IMG/VR virus record: IMGVR_UViG_3300034374_007216
Span: 1-64,000 of that record
Source: a virus
Length of the DNA stretch: 64,000 nucleotides
Reading direction: 5' to 3' (one strand)
Positions 55,868-64,000 of this stretch are shown piece by piece. The first letter of the stretch is position 1. Each line of letters starts with the position of its first letter. The notes below the pieces were generated by a model. The model was not told the DNA's origin, searched no databases, and saw only the letters and a list, made by a program, of their open reading frames with translations. Position numbers and translations under genes: made by a program.

Positions 55868-57079
55868 ATGAAACTCTCAAAAGCGTGTGATTTAATCACA
55901 CTTATGCCAAAGATTTCCGCTTCGGATGTAACGAAAGAAGAGTGCATCGAACTATGGGAATTTTTAAACACCGATAAAAGATTATCAATGACTCAACACA
56001 TGTTGAAAATCAAGTTAGCCGATGAGTGTGGTGTATTTGTTGATAACCTCATCGAAGCGATGGATGATAAACCATTGTGTGAAGTTCTATCATGGGAAGC
56101 AGGTGATACAGGCAACGATGAGATAGAACTTATACACATCATGAACATCATGCGTAACGCTCATGCTCATGAAAGACATTGGATATTGGATTTATGTTTC
56201 AATCTATCAGCACCCCAATGTGAATTTGTTTGGAGATGGGCGTTAAATTACAGATGGAATTCTATACGCAACATCATGGTGAAGTGGCTTGACAAAGAAA
56301 GCAAACTGAATGAAACATACGACTTCGATACGAAACTTTCAGTCATTTACGACGGTTTAGATGTAGGTATGATAGATGAGGACTACGAGAAACTTGAGGC
56401 GTGGGCATCGAATGATGTACCAGAAAAGTATTGGTTTGTTACTGATTGCTCGACATTGATGTTTGTTAAGAATGGCATAGTTCGATGGCGAAACGGAAAA
56501 ATAAATACTGAGTATTCTATTGTTACCAGCAAAGATAATTCATCGGCATGGGTGTGGGAGAATCCAAAACAAACAGGGCTTTGGTGCAGTGAGGACACAG
56601 GACTATCTTTTGCTACATACAAAGAGCCATTAGATACATCGTGGATTCAATCAAGAATGTTATTAGAATCGTATGCGAAAGGCGGATTTTTAATTCATCA
56701 TAAAAATAAATACTACTTACTTACAAGTGGAACAAACACATTATACGCACAGGTTATGACTGTACAGAATTTGGATAAAGGAGGATATGAATTTGTTATC
56801 GGTTTTGTTGATGGTAGCGAGGTTGTTGATACGACGACACTCGTGATGGAACTATTACCATTTGAACTTGAGAGTGCTCTCAAAAGGAGGAAGGTCTATC
56901 CGAACATTAGACACGCATTCCATCCCATAGAAGATTGTTTAGTGGTGAAATTAAACTTTACATGGACAGTTGAAAAGGGGTGGCACATTGTTTTCGATAG
57001 TGTTGAAGATTCATACGGTATTGATAACATAGATGACATAGCGTATTTCTATTCGATAGTTGGTGATGATTATGAGTAA
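55868..57079 (+). CDS. Hypothetical protein, possibly degenerate DNA ligase-like
   Basis: Helical N-terminus and beta-rich C-terminus reminiscent of ligase architecture. No KxDG visible. Confidence 0.4.
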   Translation: MKLSKACDLITLMPKISASDVTKEECIELWEFLNTDKRLSMTQHMLKIKLADECGVFVDNLIEAMDDKPLCEVLSWEAGDTGNDEIELIHIMNIMRNAHAHERHWILDLCFNLSAPQCEFVWRWALNYRWNSIRNIMVKWLDKESKLNETYDFDTKLSVIYDGLDVGMIDEDYEKLEAWASNDVPEKYWFVTDCSTLMFVKNGIVRWRNGKINTEYSIVTSKDNSSAWVWENPKQTGLWCSEDTGLSFATYKEPLDTSWIQSRMLLESYAKGGFLIHHKNKYYLLTSGTNTLYAQVMTVQNLDKGGYEFVIGFVDGSEVVDTTTLVMELLPFELESALKRRKVYPNIRHAFHPIEDCLVVKLNFTWTVEKGWHIVFDSVEDSYGIDNIDDIAYFYSIVGDDYE

Positions 57080-57482
57080 TGTAGCATACATAGGATTGGG
57101 TTTAATTCTTAATAAAATTAGATACCATACTGTAGTTGCTATTCGCAAAGGTGGGTATGGGTACAAGGCGAGATGTTACATTAAGCGTATGAAGTGCAGT
57201 GATGAACAATTGAAGTGTATGGAAATATGGGCTAACATGCATGGCTTGACGCTAATGGAAACCACCAAAATAGAAAACAAAGAAAATTTGGTTAAGTGGT
57301 TAGATGTGCTTGAGCCTTACATACATCTTTTAGACTCGGATATAAGAAAAGGCTATCTTAGAGTGAAGTGGATGTGTGAGAATCCCATGCCACGCATACC
57401 CAAAAACATGCATAGGTATTGGAATCAATTCTATGATTGGGTAAGAGCATGGGATGCATACAACGAGGAAATTGATGATTAG
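57072..57482 (+). CDS. Hypothetical protein, possibly degenerate LAGLIDADG fold
   Basis: YIGLGLILN...GYGYKARC...WLDVLEPYI. Confidence 0.45.
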   Translation: MSNVAYIGLGLILNKIRYHTVVAIRKGGYGYKARCYIKRMKCSDEQLKCMEIWANMHGLTLMETTKIENKENLVKWLDVLEPYIHLLDSDIRKGYLRVKWMCENPMPRIPKNMHRYWNQFYDWVRAWDAYNEEIDD

Positions 57483-57502
57483 TATTTAAACTAACTAAGA
57501 AA
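57481..57502 (+). promoter_or_regulatory. Conserved early promoter motif copy (replication operon)
   Basis: agtatttaaactaactaagaaa. Confidence 0.8.
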
Positions 57503-57519
57503 AAAGGGGTTGAGAAAAA

Positions 57520-58449
57520 ATGACTTGGAATGAATTGATACGACCACAAACGCCACAAGAAATTGTTGGCAACGATGAGTTTGTCCTTGACGCTCAAGAG
57601 TGGGAGAGAACGGGGCAATACCCATCTGCTCTCCTATTTATTGGTGAATCGGGAACAGGTAAATCAAGTGCGGCCCATGTCATTGTACGCTCCCTGCTTG
57701 GAAAGTATCACAACGATATGAATGTCCTTTGGACAAACGCAAGCGACGATAGAGGTATTGCTTACATTCGTGAGGAATTGAAGGACTTTGTTCGTTTGCG
57801 AGGTATCGGTGTAAAGCGAAAACCTGTAGTATTGGATGAGGCTGATGGGCTTACTCCTACGGCACAAGACGCTTTGCGTGGTATTATGGAACAATATTCC
57901 GAGAGTATTGTCTTCATACTAACGGCTAACTATGGCGATAAAATTAGACCTGCTATCAAAAGCAGATGTACAACATACATTTTCAATCGCTTGTCGCCGG
58001 AGCAGGGGGCTTCTCACCTTCACAGACTTACAGAATCATGCGGTGCTCCTGTTGATTGGACTCCGTATTATGGCGATGTTGTAAAGTATCACGATGGCGA
58101 CCTCCGAGCCGCCATCAATACACTTGAACGCATTCCTAAAACAGCAGACGCTATTCAAAGATTCGTCATTGAGGATAATGACGATTGGTGGGATTACATA
58201 CCAGAAAACAAGTGGAATGAACTTCGTAAGCAAATGCTTACATTATTAAATTCAACGGGCGATAGGTTGGCCTTCATGAACAACTTCCATCGTAGCACGA
58301 GGAAACACTTTGACACAGATGCAGATACTACATTTGCTGTCATGTCGGTGTATGGTGATATGATGAGGTATGTGTATGAGTGGGGTGGCAGTGACATCTC
58401 ATTCGTGGAAGTGCTTGTAGCACGATTGAAAAAGGAAATTGGTGAATGA
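57520..58449 (+). CDS. rfcS: Replication factor C small subunit (clamp loader)
   Basis: W...RP, GESGTGKS, NASDDRG, LDEAD, AQDALR and IKSRC motifs. Confidence 0.9.
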   Translation: MTWNELIRPQTPQEIVGNDEFVLDAQEWERTGQYPSALLFIGESGTGKSSAAHVIVRSLLGKYHNDMNVLWTNASDDRGIAYIREELKDFVRLRGIGVKRKPVVLDEADGLTPTAQDALRGIMEQYSESIVFILTANYGDKIRPAIKSRCTTYIFNRLSPEQGASHLHRLTESCGAPVDWTPYYGDVVKYHDGDLRAAINTLERIPKTADAIQRFVIEDNDDWWDYIPENKWNELRKQMLTLLNSTGDRLAFMNNFHRSTRKHFDTDADTTFAVMSVYGDMMRYVYEWGGSDISFVEVLVARLKKEIGE

Positions 58450-58450
58450 A

Positions 58451-59785
58451 ATGACTAATTGGGAAACAGAAGATGAATATGGAGATATAGAAGAGGTTGA
58501 GGCTCAAGGCTTTGGTGCATCCGAAGCACCTGCTGAGAAATCAATCCTTCCGAATGAGGTAATGAGTCGTATTTCGGCTTATGCTGAACGAACAGGAAAA
58601 AGTGTAGTTGAGGCTACACAGGAGTTTTATGCTGACATTGAGAAGCATTACGGTTGTACCGAGCCGAGCCAAGAAGATGAAGAACTGCTTATTGATTGGG
58701 CAGAACAATTCTTTGTTGAAACACGAAAAAGAAGTGGTGGTGCAAGTAGCAAACTACAGACCTTTGTAGGTTGCTTCGTTGGTATGGCTGACAAAAAGGC
58801 TGACCGACTAAAGAACATTGTGGCGGCGAACCTTAAGTTGTTTAAGGAAAACCCGAATGAAGCAATCTCATCCGGCAGACTCGGTGCGTTTGAGAAAGGC
58901 GACAACGGCAAATGGACTCTCGTAACCAAAGAGGGTACAAAGGAATTAGATACACCTACAAGTGAAACACCACAATACTCTATCAAAGTGGGAAGTGATT
59001 TAGTTTGTTTGACAACATACAACAACGACCCTTCCCCTTATGTGAAAATGGGGAGATACTTTTACTTCTTAGGTGATGAAGAAGAAAACTTTGTGAAGAA
59101 TGGTTCGATACGCTTGTGGCGTATTGACATGACAGGTAAAAATGTCTATCTCAAAGTTGATGTTGGGCGACCTTGTAAAATTCAAGTAACTCCACCAAGA
59201 GATAATGCAGGTGAGGCATTCCAAGATGTACTCGGTACATACGATGATGTTGATATTACTTACACAGATGAGTTCGTTTCGGACAACCTACGACCATTAC
59301 TACACCCATCTCGATTTTGGACTAATCCGGAATTTCATGACTTGTTCGTTTCTATTGATGAACTTGAAGAAGCATACGAAGAAAGAAAGTTGTTTGCTAA
59401 CATTGAGGGAGAGCGTAAATCATACGGTCCTCTCGTCATTACAAAAGGTACAATCAATCGCTTGAACACTGAACCTCGTGATAGCGACTATGATGATGAG
59501 GGTCATAACTACAACATGACACTCAACAGCAACATTACAGGCGACATTGACTGTTGGATTCCGGGTGCAGTTGGTAAATGTAGCGAACCGTTCCGAGCAC
59601 ATTGGGGTGAAGATTCATACCTGTACGCTGAGAAATCCACCGTCTTCGTATTCGGCAGAATCGGTATGAAGACAAAGGATGGTCTTACATCACCCAAACT
59701 CACAGTGTTTGGCATCTATGCCGACCCACGACGCTCACGAGAGCGTATCACAGGCGGCGATACAGGAGTAGGTCAATTCGATTAG
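58451..59785 (+). CDS. Putative single-stranded DNA-binding protein (RPA-like OB folds)
   Basis: Lies between RFC and the ATPase. Beta-rich OB-like C-terminus (STVFVFGR) and acidic tail. Confidence 0.5.
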   Translation: MTNWETEDEYGDIEEVEAQGFGASEAPAEKSILPNEVMSRISAYAERTGKSVVEATQEFYADIEKHYGCTEPSQEDEELLIDWAEQFFVETRKRSGGASSKLQTFVGCFVGMADKKADRLKNIVAANLKLFKENPNEAISSGRLGAFEKGDNGKWTLVTKEGTKELDTPTSETPQYSIKVGSDLVCLTTYNNDPSPYVKMGRYFYFLGDEEENFVKNGSIRLWRIDMTGKNVYLKVDVGRPCKIQVTPPRDNAGEAFQDVLGTYDDVDITYTDEFVSDNLRPLLHPSRFWTNPEFHDLFVSIDELEEAYEERKLFANIEGERKSYGPLVITKGTINRLNTEPRDSDYDDEGHNYNMTLNSNITGDIDCWIPGAVGKCSEPFRAHWGEDSYLYAEKSTVFVFGRIGMKTKDGLTSPKLTVFGIYADPRRSRERITGGDTGVGQFD

Positions 59786-59796
59786 GAGTAATAAAT

Positions 59797-60777
59797 ATGG
59801 CAGGTTTTGGAGCAACAGTAAAAGTTGAAGAAGAGAAAGAAGTACAAGAAGAGAAACCAACAAAGAGTGCATCAGCACCCAAGTTGAGTAACGGCGACCC
59901 ATTCGCACATCTTCGTAACGAAGAAGCGAACATGGTTGATGAAAAAATTACTCATCATTTTGTTGGAATTTGTGGGCATGATGGTACAGGTAAGTCGGGT
60001 ATTGTTCTCGACGCATTCAACCAATACATGCAGAAGAATCCCGATGCAGAACTACACTCGATTGATTTCGATATGGGTGTAGCAATGCTTAACTCGGCTA
60101 TCACGAACAACCCTAACATCAAGTCATGGAAGGCTTGGCAGATGGGTGTTACAGACCGTACCGCATACGATTATCCGGGTACACATCAGCGTGTTATGGA
60201 AATCATACGATACATCTTACAGCGTGTTGAAAGAGAAGGTGCTCCGGTATGGGGCGTACTCATTAGTGGTATTGACTCATGGCTTGAGGTATGTACCAAC
60301 AACATGCGTATCATTGATTTGGGTTTGGCTAAAGATGGTATCGAAGCCGCCGACAATCGTGGTGCGGGTGAAGCAAAGCGTGTTGAGCGACAATCCGATT
60401 GGGCTATTCGTAACACTCGATTCCACCAACTTACAGCACTATCTCGTAGTCTTGTAAGAGCAGGTGTTCGTGTGTATTGGGAAACCCATCTTCGTAACAC
60501 CAACTTTTCGTACAATCAAGATTCATCAAGTAACACTTCGTGGCAACCCGAATGGGAAAAGAAAACGAACAACTACTTGCCTACAATCATTTGGACAGAA
60601 CAAGAGTTGCACTACGACGATGAAGGTGAACTTGTCAAGACTGAATACAAAGCACGATTCCACAAGTGTAAAACGAATCCAGCACTTCAAGACCAAGTGC
60701 GTACCATATTCGTTACACAACCAGATGGAGAACCACAGTGGTTCGGCTTGCCCGAACTATACGATGGTAGTTTGTGA
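59797..60777 (+). CDS. RecA/RadA-like (AAA_24/Sak4-type) ATPase
   Basis: Walker A GHDGTGKS, IDFD, ISGIDS and ETH motifs. Confidence 0.7.
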   Translation: MAGFGATVKVEEEKEVQEEKPTKSASAPKLSNGDPFAHLRNEEANMVDEKITHHFVGICGHDGTGKSGIVLDAFNQYMQKNPDAELHSIDFDMGVAMLNSAITNNPNIKSWKAWQMGVTDRTAYDYPGTHQRVMEIIRYILQRVEREGAPVWGVLISGIDSWLEVCTNNMRIIDLGLAKDGIEAADNRGAGEAKRVERQSDWAIRNTRFHQLTALSRSLVRAGVRVYWETHLRNTNFSYNQDSSSNTSWQPEWEKKTNNYLPTIIWTEQELHYDDEGELVKTEYKARFHKCKTNPALQDQVRTIFVTQPDGEPQWFGLPELYDGSL

Positions 60778-60915
60778 TATTCACTCTCTATGGGATTACC
60801 ATGAGTGAAAAAAATGGTTTTGTGGGGGTAATAAACGGAAGAGGCTCAACCTACTCACAGGGGGATTTTATCATTTTCATCTCCTTTCCGTTTTCCATTT
60901 TTTTGAGGCGATAAT

Positions 60916-61668
60916 ATGACACATGTTTTAGTTGATAGGAAAAAGTTTCTTGACTTTTTATCTTGCTTCGGCAAGAGTGCTACAGATTTACGATTAGATT
61001 GTACAACATCAAGAATTACGGGTGAAATAGCATTTGCTCAGTATTTCTTTAGGCGACAGTTTAACGGTGCTACAGTCAAAGAAGAAGGCACGCTACACAT
61101 TGTTTTCTTAGAAAAGGTAATTGCTTTCTTGAAGGCGAGCAAACAACCAACAGTTGAATTTCGACAAGTAAGTGTAGCAAAGCCCATACACATTGAAAGT
61201 GGCGGCAACAAGATACAACTGCCAAGCAGTGATGACATCATATCAGCAAGCAAAGTGCCTGTTGTGAAAAGAATGCTCGACAAATCTTTGAAGAACAATT
61301 GGACATCATTTGCAGAAGATGAACTTACAGTACACGCTTCTATAGAAACTAAGGATTTAATTTCTCTTTCTTCAATGAAGAGTTTGGTATCGGATAATGC
61401 TGAATACAAACTTCGTGTTCATTGCGGTGAGAAAGAGTTTGGTATCATTGCAGGTAAAGCAATTAGTGGTCGAATATTTACCACTATTCCAACAAATGAT
61501 TGCGATGGCCCGAACACTACTATCTCATCGAACTTTGGTAAGTGGTTGCCTACTTGTTTCATGTATCTCGATGACGGTCATGCAAGAGTACACATGGGTC
61601 AAGATACCGTTGTCATCTTTGAACAAGATAATACTTTACTCATGATAATAAACGAAAGTGATTTTTGA
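60916..61668 (+). CDS. pcn: DNA sliding clamp (PCNA-like)
   Basis: 250 aa with an alternating alpha/beta pattern, directly before PolB in the RFC operon. Confidence 0.6.
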   Translation: MTHVLVDRKKFLDFLSCFGKSATDLRLDCTTSRITGEIAFAQYFFRRQFNGATVKEEGTLHIVFLEKVIAFLKASKQPTVEFRQVSVAKPIHIESGGNKIQLPSSDDIISASKVPVVKRMLDKSLKNNWTSFAEDELTVHASIETKDLISLSSMKSLVSDNAEYKLRVHCGEKEFGIIAGKAISGRIFTTIPTNDCDGPNTTISSNFGKWLPTCFMYLDDGHARVHMGQDTVVIFEQDNTLLMIINESDF

Positions 61669-64000
61669 TGATTGTTGATTGGTTCTCGGAAGACCCGTAT
61701 GACCCGCCGACTATTTATGAGCGTACTCGTGATACTAACGGTAACTTACATGAAACATGGATTACCAGCGAAGATGAAGGATATGTTTATCCTTTCTGTT
61801 GGGTAAGGCAGAACGCTCCTACATGGGTACTGAATCGCCTTGTAAGAGCGAAAGCACGCATACAACACGACATAGTGGCGAAGGACATCAATGGATGCAA
61901 ACTATGGCGAGTTGATACGAACCATCCAAATGCAGTGTGGGAAATCAAAGAGATGTGTGAGAAGTGGACTTGCGAAGCAGACCTTCCCTATCTTGACCAA
62001 ATACTCATTCAAAGATACCCACATGGTATTCCAGAATTTGTACCTCGCAAGTGGTATTACGATATGGAATGGAAAACAGATGGTAAGGGGGAGATAACAG
62101 TTATCGCTGTTGTTGATACCCATACAGATACACCTGTTGTATTTTCATGGAGTAAAGAATCCCAACAGAAGTTCTTGACTGATGACAAATACATTGACAG
62201 GTATGGAGGCTACGAACTTCGGACTTATCCAAATGAAGATAGAATGCTCAAAGGATTCTTAGCACATCTCAAAGAATGCGACCCCGACATGCTCATTGCT
62301 CACGCAGGGGCGTGGGCTGACTTACCTAAATTGTATGAGCGTCTTGGTGATATGAGAAAGGACATGTCGCCGCTCGGTGTCTTTTTACCACCAAAGAAAA
62401 ACGGTGAAGGTTACAAAAGTACAGCACAACCAATCAAAGGCAGACTCGTATTTGATACTGCGGCGATGTCATCCGAAGGCAGTGGCTTTGAGGGTGTATG
62501 GCAGAAGTCGGGGCGGGGGCAAGCACAAGAGCGTAAGTTGAATTGGTTTGCTGTTGAATTAAACTTAGGACACAAACTTACCAATGAAATAGAAGGCATG
62601 ACTGTATTCAATGGTTGGGATGATTACTATGATGACTTCGTTGATTACTGTTTAGTTGATACTACTCTCCTTCGTGATATTGATGTAAAACTCAATTGTA
62701 CCGATTTCCACTTAGCCTTGCAGAAGGTTGCAGGTGTTCAGTTCGCAAGCACTCACAATGTATCACGATACTTCCGTGGGTTGATTGCTCGCATTACTGA
62801 TATGAAAGCACCGACGACATACAAAGAAACACGACCCGAACTACAGGCCGCATGGGTTATGCCACCAATTCCGGGCCGACATGAGAATGTAGCGTTAGTT
62901 GATTTTGCTTCGCTATATCCAAATATTATTTTATCAGCAAATCTTTGTTGGACTACGCTTACTGATAAGCCGGGTCCAAACACTCTCACTCTCGACATTC
63001 CACCTAAGTTAGATGACAAAGGTAATCACATTCCGGGTACGGGTGGGGTGTTCCATTGGCGACAGGACATTGAAGGTATTCTTCCAAAGGCAGTGCGTCA
63101 ATTACTCGCTTTGCGTAAATCATACAAGCAACGCATGAAAGACGCTACAGACCCCGACATCAAACTTGGTTATCACATGTTACAGATGGCGGTCAAGGTT
63201 GCGGTCAATGCTATCTATGGTATGGTGGGTATGAGTAAATTGCAGGGTGGATGGATAAGTTATCCTATCGCTCAATCAATTACTTATCTTGGTCGTAAGT
63301 CTATCACTATGCTTGTGGATAGAAGCGAAGAGATGGGTTATCGTGGTCTTGCAGGTCATACTGATTCTTGTTACATACAAGTTCCGTTTGATGAGGCTGA
63401 GGATGTAGCACAGAAACTTACAGATATTGCACAGAATGAAATGAATTTGAAATTCCTCGATGTTGAATTAGAAGCATTCTTCCCGTATTGGTTCACAGCC
63501 AATACTAAGAATCGTAACTTCGGCATCAAGTCCTACCCTCCCGAAGATGCGGGTGACATGAAGGTTACAGGTTATTCGTTGAAGGCATCGAATGCACCAC
63601 CGCTAACAAAAGAAATACTCATGAAAGTATTTACTATGATTTCAAACGGCGAAGAAGAGGATGCCATCTTTGATGAGGTTCGCCCTCACATCAAGCGTAC
63701 ATACAATGGTGAGCGTGAAATTGATGAGGCGGCATCGTATGGTCGCATACAAAAACATCTTGATGATTATGATGTAGTAGTGCCTAATCCAGCGAAGGCG
63801 GCACGCTATTCAAACAGATACTTAGGTACGAATTACGGAAAGAATGAGAGTGTCAAATGGGTATTCATTGATGGTGTACCAAATGGTCAAGATGTATGTA
63901 ATGTTATTGCTTACGACAAGGTGAAACAGTTGGAAGAATATTCTATAGATTGGTACACTGTGGTTGATAAGTGGATTAAGAAGAAATTAAAATCGGTGTA
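61668..64000 (+). CDS. polB: Family B DNA polymerase (3'-truncated by window)
   Basis: Not in ORF track, apparently because no stop is reached. ATG at 61668 with in-frame YDMEW (ExoI), DFASLYPNI (62901), KVAVNAIYG (63195) and GHTDS (63354). Confidence 0.93.
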   Translation, partial: MIVDWFSEDPYDPPTIYERTRDTNGNLHETWITSEDEGYVYPFCWVRQNAPTWVLNRLVRAKARIQHDIVAKDINGCKLWRVDTNHPNAVWEIKEMCEKWTCEADLPYLDQILIQRYPHGIPEFVPRKWYYDMEWKTDGKGEITVIAVVDTHTDTPVVFSWSKESQQKFLTDDKYIDRYGGYELRTYPNEDRMLKGFLAHLKECDPDMLIAHAGAWADLPKLYERLGDMRKDMSPLGVFLPPKKNGEGYKSTAQPIKGRLVFDTAAMSSEGSGFEGVWQKSGRGQAQERKLNWFAVELNLGHKLTNEIEGMTVFNGWDDYYDDFVDYCLVDTTLLRDIDVKLNCTDFHLALQKVAGVQFASTHNVSRYFRGLIARITDMKAPTTYKETRPELQAAWVMPPIPGRHENVALVDFASLYPNIILSANLCWTTLTDKPGPNTLTLDIPPKLDDKGNHIPGTGGVFHWRQDIEGILPKAVRQLLALRKSYKQRMKDATDPDIKLGYHMLQMAVKVAVNAIYGMVGMSKLQGGWISYPIAQSITYLGRKSITMLVDRSEEMGYRGLAGHTDSCYIQVPFDEAEDVAQKLTDIAQNEMNLKFLDVELEAFFPYWFTANTKNRNFGIKSYPPEDAGDMKVTGYSLKASNAPPLTKEILMKVFTMISNGEEEDAIFDEVRPHIKRTYNGEREIDEAASYGRIQKHLDDYDVVVPNPAKAARYSNRYLGTNYGKNESVKWVFIDGVPNGQDVCNVIAYDKVKQLEEYSIDWYTVVDKWIKKKLKSV

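Noticed and set aside
33178-57502. 22-bp motif as a CRISPR repeat or IS end
   Set aside because: Copies are kilobases apart, contain a TATA box and always precede gene starts. No transposase seen.
1-64000. tRNA/rRNA genes, integrase and inteins
   Set aside because: None recognised by eye. tRNAscan/Infernal were not run, so small RNAs could be missed.

Overview
This 64-kb window is part of a tailed archaeal virus genome. It is most consistent with a Marine Group II (Poseidoniales) 'magrovirus': HK97-type head module, archaeal PolB/PCNA/RFC replisome, GGTGA/GGAG Shine-Dalgarno sites and TATA-like promoters. That taxonomy is inferred, not searched. The left ~32.7 kb is mostly on the minus strand. 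It holds the major capsid protein, prohead protease/scaffold, a ~1900-aa protein with a ligase-like C-terminus, portal, a LAGLIDADG protein, large terminase, an Arf-like GTPase/membrane cluster, HMG-CoA lyase and many accessory genes. The right ~31 kb is on the plus strand. It holds small early genes behind a repeated 22-bp promoter, a SNF2 helicase, phosphatases, a methyltransferase, DUF932, RFC, SSB, an ATPase, PCNA and PolB (truncated by the window). The most striking signal is a recurrent tag, EPM[D/E/N]xA[W/F]x(x)LLK or MxxFxxAWxxLK. It starts six stand-alone genes (two GNATs, ParB/Srx-like, kinase-like and two others) and appears eight more times inside three large ORFs. There it splits the proteins into in-frame modules, which in two ORFs are bounded by DNA direct repeats. 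It ends in the same hydrophobic-x-K pattern that punctuates the capsid, scaffold and other head proteins. I infer a modular, recombination-shuffled capsid-targeting and protease-release cargo system. Other notable signals are two copies of an iteron/inverted-repeat origin-like element, gene arrays joined by conserved junction repeats, and a candidate antisense RNA against early-gene ribosome-binding sites.
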